Positions 22,446-31,467 of a stretch of DNA of 52,853 bases are shown here, one piece after another (position 1 is the stretch's first letter; the number at the start of each line of letters is the position of its first letter). The stretch is from Chloroflexota bacterium. Its GTDB lineage: Bacteria > Chloroflexota > Anaerolineae > J036 > Brachytrichaceae. A model generated the notes under the pieces. The model ran no database searches. It worked only from the letters and a program-made list of their open reading frames with translations, and was not told the origin of the DNA. The stretch lies in assembly GCA_017743375.1 (NCBI GenBank), contig JAGHYX010000001.1, positions 1 to 52,853 of the forward strand, written 5' to 3'. The position numbers and the translations under genes were made by a program.

Positions 22446-23234
22446 TTAGATGGAATTTGCTCTAGATAATGCTTCGCTGGGTGACATGCCGTCGTGCACA
22501 ATGCAGCGCAGAGCTTTGATAACAGCTCGCATGTTATCACTCTGCCATATATTACGACCAAACACAATGCCTTTTGATCCTGCCTTTATCGCTTCGTCAG
22601 CAGTGCTTAATACTTCGTGCAAGGTATTCATGCGAGGACCGCCCGCGATAAATACGGGAATGGGACAATTAGCGACTACTGGTTGAAAGCTCTGGACGCT
22701 TCCTGTGTAATACGTTTTGACTAGATCAGCACCATGCTCGAAGGCCAATCGCACAGCAGAGGCGGCAACAAGAGGATCTTTTGGATCTGCAATCCGTGCA
22801 CTGGGGCAAGGCAAGGCTTCAACCATTAAAGCAATGCCTGCGCTCATGCACTCGCGCGCGACGCGTGCAACCAACCGAAAAGTCTGGAGCTCAACAGAGA
22901 GACCCATGAAGAGCATCAGCGCGACGCCCTGCGCGCCCAGTTTGAGAGCATCCTCAACAGAATGCAGTAGATCCCATTCTGTGTATGCAAGCCAGTCTTG
23001 GCTATAGATACTCGGTCCTCCATCAAGTCTGAGAAACACGGGGAGCGTGTGAGGGATAACTGAGCGGAAGTGTTTCAACACCCCAAAAGTAGTAAGGATG
23101 CCATCAATGCCTGACGAGACGATGGTTTCAAGGACGGTTCTTGGATTCTCTAAACCCTGAATCACACCGTGTGTGCGGCCGTGATCCATGGCCACTATCA
23201 GGGATCGCTCTTTATTCAAAGACAGAGGTGTCAT
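22446..23234 (-). CDS. Class I aldolase, DhnA/LsrF family
   Basis: AMDHG, GADLVKTYY (Schiff-base Lys), AGGP, FGRNIWQ motifs. Confidence 0.88.
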   Translation of the reverse strand: MTPLSLNKERSLIVAMDHGRTHGVIQGLENPRTVLETIVSSGIDGILTTFGVLKHFRSVIPHTLPVFLRLDGGPSIYSQDWLAYTEWDLLHSVEDALKLGAQGVALMLFMGLSVELQTFRLVARVARECMSAGIALMVEALPCPSARIADPKDPLVAASAVRLAFEHGADLVKTYYTGSVQSFQPVVANCPIPVFIAGGPRMNTLHEVLSTADEAIKAGSKGIVFGRNIWQSDNMRAVIKALRCIVHDGMSPSEALSRANSI

Positions 23235-23249
23235 GCTGCTTACTTTCTG

Positions 23250-23277
23250 ATTATAGGAATCCCATTTGGCTTGTCAA
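23250..23277 (-). promoter_or_regulatory. Consensus sigma70 promoter of the island operon
   Basis: TTGACA (23277-23272), 16-nt spacer, TATAAT (23255-23250), ending 15 nt before ATG 23234. Confidence 0.85.
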
Positions 23278-23354
23278 GCAGATATCGCTTGCCCTGTTTG
23301 TTCATCGCGCCTCTTTACTACCAAGTTCAGTGGTTCAAACCTCGTATCCTGCTT

Positions 23355-23551
23355 GGCGCATAGCTAGGTCGCGTCCGGCCCGCTGGTGAAGATGGCGACC
23401 CACTGGCCGAGGTCGGGCTGGGTGAGCACGACGACCTCGCGCACCCACTTGACCCACATAAAGCCGCGCCGGCCCGGCGCGACCAAGCGCAGCGGCGCGC
23501 CGTGCCAGTGGTCGAGCGGCTCATCGCCGACGTGCGTGGCCAACAGCGCCG
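23355..23551. repeat. 197-bp direct repeat, right copy
   Basis: Identical to 17003-17199; forms the 3' end of the intact oxidoreductase gene. Confidence 0.97.
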
Positions 23552-24413
23552 CGCGTGCCTCAGCGATCGGCAGGCTCCAGCGGTAGCCGGTGACCGAGAC
23601 GAAACTCACAAAACGCGCCGAGGGCAAGACGCCAACCTGATCCAATAGCGCGCCGACCGAGATGCCGCGCCAGGTCTGGGTCGAGTACCAGCCACCCGTG
23701 CAATCAAGCGTGGCGCGCAGGCTGGTCTGGGGCAGCCGCGCCAGCTCGGCATCGCTGAGCGACAACACGCGCGCGGTTGCGCCGCGCACGGTTAATCGCC
23801 AGCGGGATGTGTCTATTGGCGTGGGCCGGTCAAACAGCCAGTTGGTGATCGGGAAGGCGTTGCCGGAGTCGCTCCCTGCGTGGCGCGAGCCGGTGAAGCG
23901 CCGCTGCGCGCCCGGCAACCCGAGGGCGCGATTGAGCGCTTCCTTAGCCGGCAGCAAGGCCGCGCCGAAGCCGAGCATGCCCAGCCAGCGCAGCGCGTCG
24001 CGCCGGCCAGAGAAATCGTGACGCGCCGGACGCTTGAAGCGCAGCAGCACGTGCGCGCCCAACAGCCCGCCCAGCGCCAGGCCGGCGACGATGTGGATGT
24101 GCATGCCGTTCGGGTAGCCGGTCGGCCATTGGGCGTGCGTCCAAAACGCGCCGCTGCCGATCGCAGCGAGCGCAGCGATGGTCGTCAACGCCGAGATGGG
24201 CGTCTTCGCGTCCCAGGCCTTGAGGCGGACCAGCCGCAGGCGGACGCGGCGCAGCTTCCAGGCCAGTGGCACGAGCAAGGCAAAGCCGGCGACGGCATGC
24301 GCGGTGAGGATCGCGCGGCTGTGCTGGTCGGTCACGAGCCAAGCCCCGAAGCCGGTGAGCGCGGCGATTGCCGCCAGCCCGTAAAGCGTCCAGTCCACCA
24401 CGCGCGGGCGCAT
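23364..24413 (-). CDS. Membrane-bound molybdopterin oxidoreductase (sulfite oxidase/MsrP family)
   Basis: LDCTGGW (Mo-ligand Cys), [23 protein letters not shown]; four His-containing N-terminal TM helices. Confidence 0.88.
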   Translation of the reverse strand: MRPRVVDWTLYGLAAIAALTGFGAWLVTDQHSRAILTAHAVAGFALLVPLAWKLRRVRLRLVRLKAWDAKTPISALTTIAALAAIGSGAFWTHAQWPTGYPNGMHIHIVAGLALGGLLGAHVLLRFKRPARHDFSGRRDALRWLGMLGFGAALLPAKEALNRALGLPGAQRRFTGSRHAGSDSGNAFPITNWLFDRPTPIDTSRWRLTVRGATARVLSLSDAELARLPQTSLRATLDCTGGWYSTQTWRGISVGALLDQVGVLPSARFVSFVSVTGYRWSLPIAEARAALLATHVGDEPLDHWHGAPLRLVAPGRRGFMWVKWVREVVVLTQPDLGQWVAIFTSGPDAT

Positions 24414-24436
24414 AGGCTAATCATAACTGTCTATGA

Positions 24437-24561
24437 GGGTGCATTCACAGCCAGGGATAAGACCTTGGGTGAGTAAGGCGGTGCCGTCGCCCACCCTCAG
24501 AGATTCGTCTTCTCTGGTCGCATCGCTTGGTGAAGGGTCGGCCCTGGAGTTGAACATGCCC
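24437..24561 (+). mobile_element. MITE-like repeat copy (degenerate), followed by a further TIR-like GGGTGCGTTCAC at 24569
   Basis: Left TIR GGGTGCATTCAC; retains TGCCGTCGCCCACCCTC and the colinear 3' half. Confidence 0.75.
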
Positions 24562-24698
24562 CCTGGGTGGGTGCGTTCACGCGGAGGGGCAATGATGAGG
24601 CAGGTGTTGAGGGAGCGCCCGGCGTGACGAGCAAGTGGCCCACGCCCCTACCGGTGATGCATCCCATCCTCGCGGGAGTGCGGTAGAATATAGGGTGT

Positions 24699-24787
24699 GG
24701 AGAGATGCCGGAGTGGTTGAACGGGGCGGTCTCGAAAACCGTTGTGGCCCGTATGGGTCACCGTGAGTTCGAATCTCACTCTCTCCG
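24699..24787 (+). tRNA. tRNA-Ser(CGA)
   Basis: Acceptor GGAGAGA/TCTCTCC+G, anticodon arm GCGGT-CTCGAAA-ACCGT, long variable arm, GTTCGAATC T-loop; CCA not encoded; TAGAAT at 24684-24689. Confidence 0.96.
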
Positions 24788-24795
24788 CTCATGCG

Positions 24796-24832
24796 ACGCC
24801 AGGCCGTGATCATGCGCCTGGCGTTTTGCTTT
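24796..24832 (+). terminator. Probable intrinsic terminator of the tRNA gene
   Basis: ACGCCAGGC...GCCTGGCGT followed by TTTGCTTT. Confidence 0.7.
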
Positions 24833-24835
24833 ACC

Positions 24836-25423
24836 ATGTCCGCCCGCTGCGCAGATTGCCTGAACGAGGCCATCGAACGGTGCGAGGTCACCGGTGTGCC
24901 GCTATGCGCAGCGCACCTGTGGTATTCTGAGGATGGCCGGCGGATCAGCGAGCGCGTCGCCCGCCAGCTCATGGCTCAAGGTAAGGTGGTCTATTCGCCC
25001 GACGTATACCTGAACAAGCTCGGGCGAGCGGCCACGCTGCCTCGCCTGCCTGCGCCGGAGCCGCCGCGGATCACCCAACAGCGCAACAGCAGCGACGTGA
25101 TCGCGCTGCTGGCCGGCGTGAGCGGGATTCTCTCCATCGTCACCTGTTTCGGCATCGGCCTCGCTATCTGCATTCCCCCGCTTCCCCTGCTGCCCTTGGT
25201 GCTTGGCGGGATCGGGCTGGCCGGCGCGCGCTATGCCACGCGACCGGAGCAGGCCCGTGTGCTCTCCTGGCTGGGCATCATCGGCGGCGCGGGATTTGTC
25301 GTGATCGCCATGCTGGGCGTGACCGCTGGCCTGGCCTTTGGCGTGAACACGCTGTTGACTCCCGTGCTCCTGCCGGCCACGCCCGCCCCTGTGCCAACGC
25401 CAACCCCGATACCAGGCCCTTAA
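24836..25423 (+). CDS. Hypothetical membrane protein with N-terminal Cys/His (B-box-like) motif and DUF4190-like TM region
   Basis: CADC..CEVTGVPLCAAH, then three hydrophobic segments and a PTPTP tail. Confidence 0.7.
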   Translation: MSARCADCLNEAIERCEVTGVPLCAAHLWYSEDGRRISERVARQLMAQGKVVYSPDVYLNKLGRAATLPRLPAPEPPRITQQRNSSDVIALLAGVSGILSIVTCFGIGLAICIPPLPLLPLVLGGIGLAGARYATRPEQARVLSWLGIIGGAGFVVIAMLGVTAGLAFGVNTLLTPVLLPATPAPVPTPTPIPGP

Positions 25424-25721
25424 CCATGCCGAGCGGAGTATCCGAAATCTCCTGCTCCCCTGCAGCGCGTCGCCTTAACCCAAACGCGATGTCGCCTCCA
25501 CTACGCCGGTGCAAACGCGTTCTTCGGGCGCGTTTGTGATAGAGAGGTCACTCGGGCAAGCGCACAAGACGATAAACCTTGAAGTGGCCTTTGTTGGCGG
25601 AGCAACTGGTAGGCAGCCCCCCAAGGGCAGCATTCCCATGCTCAAGGGGTTGCGCGTATTCCTCTTGCTGGCAAGATAGGGTTACCCTACAGCACAGGTG
25701 CGTTCTACCGAATGTGCTGCC

Positions 25722-26501
25722 CTAGAAGATGTGCCAGCTCTCGGGTTTATTTGGATCCCCGTCAATCGGACAATGCGGGATGATGCTATAAGCCACGTGC
25801 AACCGTGTGTGTGAAGGGTCAACAGATGCTCTTTTGGCATCAATGAGCACGCGATCGTTTTTGACTCTATATCTGGTTACTGAAAAGCCTATGTCCTCAA
25901 CCATTTTGTATAAACAAGTAGATGTAAATCCCCAGAAGTTGCTACGGTCAGTATTGGGTTGACCTTGCTCCGGAAATCGCTCAGCGTCAGGGATAAACAT
26001 CATTATTGGAAGTTTAGACAGTTGGTTGCCAACTTTAGAATCTATACAATAAGATTCTATAATGAGTCTGTCGTTTGATAAGCTCGCACAGTTAACCAGA
26101 GCGCGATAAGGATCAGCAACATGATAGAGCAAGCCAAGCGCAAGCACGATGTCAAATGTGCCATATTCTTCTGCGCTTATGTCTAATACATTTACGTGAT
26201 AATGTAAGATGTCGTCTAGACCATTGATGTATTGGGCTAGGCCAAAGCCAGAATTGTCTTTATGCCTAAAATCAAAAGCGGTCACTTTGGCGCCGCGCCT
26301 GCGCGCCTCAAAGCTGAAGTAACCATTTGACGCCCCAATATCAGCCAGAGACATGCCCTCCATGTTTTCTGGCAGTTCGAGCTCATCCCATAATCCTTTG
26401 GGGTCATACGCGCCAACGGTGTGCACGCCGGGGATGATTTCAAAGCTGTGGTGCCAGGGTTTGTCTTTTATCAGTCTAAGGGCGGTATCTTTGTCAACCA
26501 T
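25722..26501 (-). CDS. Class I SAM-dependent methyltransferase (DUF1698/CmoB-like), low GC
   Basis: WHHSFE, DIGASNGYFSFE, FDIVLALGLLYH..P, NFW motifs; RBS AGGAG. Confidence 0.85.
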   Translation of the reverse strand: MVDKDTALRLIKDKPWHHSFEIIPGVHTVGAYDPKGLWDELELPENMEGMSLADIGASNGYFSFEARRRGAKVTAFDFRHKDNSGFGLAQYINGLDDILHYHVNVLDISAEEYGTFDIVLALGLLYHVADPYRALVNCASLSNDRLIIESYCIDSKVGNQLSKLPIMMFIPDAERFPEQGQPNTDRSNFWGFTSTCLYKMVEDIGFSVTRYRVKNDRVLIDAKRASVDPSHTRLHVAYSIIPHCPIDGDPNKPESWHIF

Positions 26502-26904
26502 GTTTCGACGTCTCCTAGTGGTATGTGCGGTGCGCCTCTCCTGTGTTGCACAACTCGCCTTATTTTAGCTTACGGATGTGCTCTTGCCCAGCATTCAGCA
26601 TGCCCATTGCTCATCCCTCGCACACAGAAGAGCTGCGAAGGCAGCACGCGCTTGGAGCGCCGGAATCTCTACCGGCATATCTCTCCGAAAGACGCGCTCG
26701 CAGGGGCAAAACGCCTTTACCCACGGAATTTCACCCAACGCCCCTTGGGCACGTTTGCAGCAGAGGACAGATCCAGGTGAGCTCGCGCAGAGACGCGCTC
26801 TCATCGTCCAGCAGCCTTCATTTGCATCGCTCCTAGTAGATATACACCGCCTTCCTCATGAATCTAAGATACACTGGTCATCGTCCGTTCAGGAGGTGTG
26901 AGCA

Positions 26905-27927
26905 ATGACCGAACAGAGAGCAACAAGCGATGGTCGCTCGGCGATGTGGGCGATCATCGGCGTCCTCGTCGGCGCCTTCTTGCCGATCTTCTTGTGCGTG
27001 TGCCTGATCGCAACCACGGTGGTTGGCCTGGGCGCGTCGCTGGGCAGCGCAGGGCCCAGCCCTGAGATTGTCGCCGGCGCTGGGCCGATCAGGGCGCGCC
27101 ATCTTTCCGGCCCGCTCACCGGCCCAGCCGTGGCCGTCATTAGCGTCAACGGCCCGATCGTCAGCGGCGAGGTGTCCGACTTCGACTTGGTCGGCATACC
27201 AGCCGTGGCTGCCTCAGCCGAGATCGCGCGCCTGGTCAAGGCCGCAGCGGAGAACAGCGATGTGAAGGCGATCTTGTTAAAAGTGGATTCCCCCGGCGGC
27301 AGCGTGATCGGCAGCGACGAGATTTACCAGGCGCTCAAGAAAGCCAGCAAGCCAGTCGTGGTGCAGATGGGCGCCATCGCAACCTCTGGTGGATATTACG
27401 TCAGCATGGCCGCCGATCACATCGTCGCTCACCCCGATACGCTCACCGGCAGCATCGGCGTGATCAGCGAATTCACCAACATCGAAGGGCTATACGAGAA
27501 GCTCGGTCTAAAGAGCACCATCATCAAGTCCGGCGAGTTTAAGGACTTCGGCAACCCCACCTCGCCGTTCACCGAGGAAGACCGCGCTCTCTGGCAAGCG
27601 GTGATTGACGAAGTGTATGAGCACTTCGTCACGCTCGTGGCCAACGGCCGCAAGATGACGGTCGAAGAGGTGAAGAAGCTGGCCGATGGCCGGATTTACA
27701 CCGGCCGGCAGGCGCTCAAGCTCAAACTGGTTGACCAACTGGGCTACTTTGAGGACGCGGTGGATAAGGCGGCTGCCTTGGGCGGGATCAGCGGCGAGCC
27801 GCGGGTGATCGAGTATCGCCGCGAGACGCCTTTTGCACAGCTCTTCGGCCTGTCGGTCGCGCGAGCCATCCTGGTTGCTTTGGGCCTGCCGGTAGATGCT
27901 CGGCCCGCTGTCCTGGAATATCGCTAG
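26905..27927 (+). CDS. sppA: Signal peptide peptidase SppA (short type)
   Basis: DSPGGS, ATSGGYY, TGSIGV, KSGEFKD, ADGRIYTGRQA motifs. Confidence 0.95.
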   Translation: MTEQRATSDGRSAMWAIIGVLVGAFLPIFLCVCLIATTVVGLGASLGSAGPSPEIVAGAGPIRARHLSGPLTGPAVAVISVNGPIVSGEVSDFDLVGIPAVAASAEIARLVKAAAENSDVKAILLKVDSPGGSVIGSDEIYQALKKASKPVVVQMGAIATSGGYYVSMAADHIVAHPDTLTGSIGVISEFTNIEGLYEKLGLKSTIIKSGEFKDFGNPTSPFTEEDRALWQAVIDEVYEHFVTLVANGRKMTVEEVKKLADGRIYTGRQALKLKLVDQLGYFEDAVDKAAALGGISGEPRVIEYRRETPFAQLFGLSVARAILVALGLPVDARPAVLEYR

Positions 27928-27937
27928 CGGCGGTCGC

Positions 27938-28315
27938 CTACTGCACGGTGGCTTTCACGATTGGCCCGCCCACGCTGAAGGTCACGCGCACTGTTTGGAG
28001 CGGCGCTTCATCGCCCAACACTTCCATCAGCGCGATCAACGATGTGCCCTTGGGGATGCCGCGCGGCAGCCACATCGTCGGCGCCGGCCGGCGTTCCATC
28101 GCGCCCACCAGCGAGACATGGCGCAACACCTCGCCGGCCTCGCTCAGGATGCTCACGTCAATCGAGGGGAACTCGGTAAAAGGCGTCAATCCCATTTCCA
28201 CCGTCACGCGCGTGCCATCCGGCCAGGGCATCACCCGATAGTCTGTGATGCGCGCGTCGCTCGGCGGGCGCTTGCCGAGCGGGGCCACGTCGTAAAACTG
28301 GACATCGTCTGACAT
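27938..28315 (-). CDS. Hypothetical protein
   Basis: 125-aa ORF filling the gap between sppA and uxuA; GATAAT 7 nt upstream of the ATG. Confidence 0.65.
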   Translation of the reverse strand: MSDDVQFYDVAPLGKRPPSDARITDYRVMPWPDGTRVTVEMGLTPFTEFPSIDVSILSEAGEVLRHVSLVGAMERRPAPTMWLPRGIPKGTSLIALMEVLGDEAPLQTVRVTFSVGGPIVKATVQ

Positions 28316-28336
28316 GAAGGTTATTATCTACAGGCG

Positions 28337-29317
28337 ATGATAAAAATTGCTGAGTTCCTCCCTCCCCAGCCATCCCCCCTGTGGAAGCTGGTCAAACAGG
28401 CCGGCGTGAACTACGTCGTCGGTGGCTTGCCCTTGCCCAGCGATTGCGGCCCAGGTGAAACGCCCTACGACTTAATGCCCCTGCTGCGCATGAAGCAGCG
28501 CTACGAAGATGCCGGTTTTAAGCTGGCCGTGATCGAAGCGCGCCCGCCGATGGATAAGCTGATACGCGGCCTGCCCGGCGGCGATCAAGAGCTGGAGTGG
28601 TGCGTCAAGCTGGTGGAGAACATGGGCAAGCTGGAGATCCCGGTCTGGTGTTATGCCTGGATGGCGGTGATCAGTTGGACGCGCACCAGGGTTGATGTCC
28701 CCTCGCGTGGCGGATCGCTGGTGACTGCATTCGACCTGGCGGAGTTCGAGCAGCGCCCGCCGCTGCCCGAAGTCCGCGAGGAAGACCTCTGGCGCAACTT
28801 AGAAGCGTTTCTCAAGGTCATGGTGCCGGTGGCCGAGCGAGCCGGCGTCAAGCTCAGCGCCCATCCTGACGACCCCCCGCTCTCCCCGCTGCATGGCGTC
28901 GGGCGCATCCTCATCAGCGTGGAGAACTTTCAGCGCGTCCTGGACTTAGTGCCCAGCGACTACAACACCCTCACCCTCTGCCAGGGCAACTTCACGCTGA
29001 TGACCGACGACTTGCCGGCAGTGATCCGTCACTTCGGTCGCCAGGGAAAGATCAGCTTCGTCCACTTCCGCGACGTGCGCGGCGATGCGCGGCGCTTTGA
29101 AGAGACCTGGCACGACGATGGGAAGACCGACATGCTGGCCTGTATGGAGGCCTATCGGGACATCGGCTTCGAGGGCGTATTGCGCCCCGATCACGTGCCC
29201 ACCGTAGAAGGCGATAGCAACGATGACCCCGGCTACTCGTCGTACGGGCGGCTATACGCCATTGGCTACATTCGCGGCCTGCGCGAGGCCGTCTATCGGC
29301 GCAAGGGGGAAGATTAG
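28337..29317 (+). CDS. uxuA: Mannonate dehydratase family protein
   Basis: CYAWM, HPDDPP, VHFRDVRG, RPDHVP, YAIGYIRGL motifs. Confidence 0.9.
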   Translation: MIKIAEFLPPQPSPLWKLVKQAGVNYVVGGLPLPSDCGPGETPYDLMPLLRMKQRYEDAGFKLAVIEARPPMDKLIRGLPGGDQELEWCVKLVENMGKLEIPVWCYAWMAVISWTRTRVDVPSRGGSLVTAFDLAEFEQRPPLPEVREEDLWRNLEAFLKVMVPVAERAGVKLSAHPDDPPLSPLHGVGRILISVENFQRVLDLVPSDYNTLTLCQGNFTLMTDDLPAVIRHFGRQGKISFVHFRDVRGDARRFEETWHDDGKTDMLACMEAYRDIGFEGVLRPDHVPTVEGDSNDDPGYSSYGRLYAIGYIRGLREAVYRRKGED

Positions 29318-29356
29318 CTTGCCTGCTTTCGCCCAGTGCATCACAATATCTCCACG

Positions 29357-30187
29357 ATGAAGATCGTCGTCACAGGCGCGAAGGGCAGGATCGGCGCCGT
29401 CCTGGTGGACTACGCGCGCAGCCAGGGCGCACAGGTGCTCGGCGTGGATAGCGTCGGTCGCGGGAGCTGGCGGGAACAGTACATTGCCGCCGACCTCACC
29501 GATACCGGCAGTTGCTACGACGTGCTCCGCGGCGCAGACGCAGTGATCAACCTCGCTGCGATCGCCGACAGCGGCATGTTCCCCAACGCCCATACCTTTC
29601 AAACCAACATGGCCATCACCTACAACGTCTTTTTGGCGGCAGCGCACCTGGGCGTGCCGCGCGTGGTATGGGCTTCGTCTATTCAGGTGAACCACACCGT
29701 GCCGGCGCATCGCCCGGTGCGCTATCAGTACTTCCCGCTGGACGAGGCGCACCCGGTTGACCCGCAGAGCGAATACGCGCTCTCTAAGTACCTCGGCGAG
29801 CAGATTGCTGAGTATTTCGCGCGCGATTACGGATTGACGACCGTGAGCCTGCGCTTCACCGACGTGGTCACCGTCGAGCGTTGGCCGAGCCTGCCACAGG
29901 CCATCCCGCCGGATCTGCGCTACCCAATACCGCACTATGTGCATATTCACGATTGCGCGCGGGCTTGCTATCTGGCTGCGACGGCGCCGTTGCCCGCCGG
30001 CTCGCATACGCTGGCCTTCATCGCCGCCCGCGATACCCATGTGGACATGCCCTCCCGTGAGCTGATCGCGCGCTATTACCCAGATGCCGAGTTGCGCGCC
30101 GACATTCAGGGCTATCAGGCGCTGATCAGCGGCCGGCGCGCGGAAGAAGCGTTTGGCTTCGTCCCGCAGTACAGTTGTCGCTCGTAG
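29357..30187 (+). CDS. NAD-dependent epimerase/dehydratase (extended SDR)
   Basis: VTGAKGRIG, NLAA, ASS, YALSK motifs. Confidence 0.9.
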   Translation: MKIVVTGAKGRIGAVLVDYARSQGAQVLGVDSVGRGSWREQYIAADLTDTGSCYDVLRGADAVINLAAIADSGMFPNAHTFQTNMAITYNVFLAAAHLGVPRVVWASSIQVNHTVPAHRPVRYQYFPLDEAHPVDPQSEYALSKYLGEQIAEYFARDYGLTTVSLRFTDVVTVERWPSLPQAIPPDLRYPIPHYVHIHDCARACYLAATAPLPAGSHTLAFIAARDTHVDMPSRELIARYYPDAELRADIQGYQALISGRRAEEAFGFVPQYSCRS

Positions 30188-30189
30188 CG

Positions 30190-31452
30190 ATGGATTTGCA
30201 GATCATCGGCCAGCGCGCGCGCAGAGCCAGCCGGCAGCTAGCGCGAGCGGACACAGCGCGCAAGGACGCAGCGCTCATCGCGCTTGCGGACGCCCTGCTG
30301 GTTTGCCAGGACGAGATTTTGCGCGCCAACGCCGAGGATGTCGCGCAGGCCAAGGCGCGCGGCGCCGAGGCACATTTCATTGATCGCTTGACGCTGACCC
30401 CACAGCGCCTGCAGGCCATGGCGCACGACGTGCGCGCCGTGGCCGGTCTGCCCGACCCGGTGGGCGAGGTCTTCGACCAAACCGTGTTGCCCAACGGCCT
30501 GCGCCTGCACAAGCGCCGCGTGCCGATCGGCGTGTTAGGGGTCATCTACGAGGCCCGGCCGAACGTCACCACCGATGTTGCGGCGCTGGCCTTGAAGAGC
30601 GGCAATGCGGTCATCCTGCGCGGCGGCAGCGATAACCTGAACAGCAACAGAGCGCTCGTGCAGGTGATCCATCAAGCCCTGTGCCGCGCTGAGCTGCCGG
30701 CGGACGCCGTGCAACTTATCGAGGACACCGATCGCGCGCGCGTGCTGGAGCTGCTTAAGCTGAGCGATTACGTGGACCTGATCATCCCGCGCGGCGGGGC
30801 TGCCTTGCATCGGCTCTGCCGTGAGCACAGCACCATCCCAGTCATCACCGGCGGCATGGGGATCAACCACATTTACGTGGACGCGACGGCGGATCAGGAC
30901 AAAGCCCTGGACGTGGTGTACAACGCCAAGGTGAGCAAGCCGACGGTTTGCAACGCGCTGGGCACGCTGTTGGTGCATGCCGAGATCGCGCCGGCGTTTC
31001 TGCCCAGGTTGGCCGCGCGGCTGGTCGAGCGGGCCGTCGAGCTGCGCTGCGACCCCCGCGCGCTGGCGATCCTCCAGTCGGCGGGCTATCCGCTGCTGCG
31101 CCTCGCAGACGAGGCGACTGACTGGGACACGGAATGGCTCGCCCTGATCTTGGGCGTCAAGATAGTAGATTCGCTCGATGAAGCGATCGCGTTCATCCAA
31201 GCGCATACGCTGGAGCACAGCGATGGCATCTGCGCCCAAGACCCCCAGGTCATCGCGCGCTTTATCCATGAAATTGATTCCTCGGCGGTGTTCGTCAATG
31301 CCAGCACGCGCTTCAACGATGGCGGCCAATTCGGCCTGGGGGCGGAGGTGGCGATCAGCACGCAGCGCATCCACGCGCGCGGGCCAATGGGGTTGCGCGA
31401 GCTGACCAGTTACAAATGGGTCTGCGAGGGCGACGGCCACGTCCGCTGGTGA
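30190..31452 (+). CDS. proA: Gamma-glutamyl phosphate reductase
   Basis: IYEARPNVT, LRGGS, PRGG, VCNAL, NASTRFNDG, HARGPMG motifs. Confidence 0.97.
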   Translation: MDLQIIGQRARRASRQLARADTARKDAALIALADALLVCQDEILRANAEDVAQAKARGAEAHFIDRLTLTPQRLQAMAHDVRAVAGLPDPVGEVFDQTVLPNGLRLHKRRVPIGVLGVIYEARPNVTTDVAALALKSGNAVILRGGSDNLNSNRALVQVIHQALCRAELPADAVQLIEDTDRARVLELLKLSDYVDLIIPRGGAALHRLCREHSTIPVITGGMGINHIYVDATADQDKALDVVYNAKVSKPTVCNALGTLLVHAEIAPAFLPRLAARLVERAVELRCDPRALAILQSAGYPLLRLADEATDWDTEWLALILGVKIVDSLDEAIAFIQAHTLEHSDGICAQDPQVIARFIHEIDSSAVFVNASTRFNDGGQFGLGAEVAISTQRIHARGPMGLRELTSYKWVCEGDGHVRW

Positions 31453-31467
31453 CTATCATTGGCCCGT

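Larger units (their letters stand above)
17200..23354. mobile_element. Low-GC sugar-utilisation island between 197-bp direct repeats; no mobility gene
   Basis: Abrupt composition shift coinciding with both repeat boundaries. Confidence 0.8.

Noticed and set aside
24699-24787. tRNA-Ser as the integration site of the sugar island
   Set aside because: The island repeats derive from the oxidoreductase gene; no duplicated tRNA 3' end or integrase is seen
26421-26901. Small overlapping ORFs upstream of sppA
   Set aside because: No motifs or RBS, mutually overlapping; treated as non-coding
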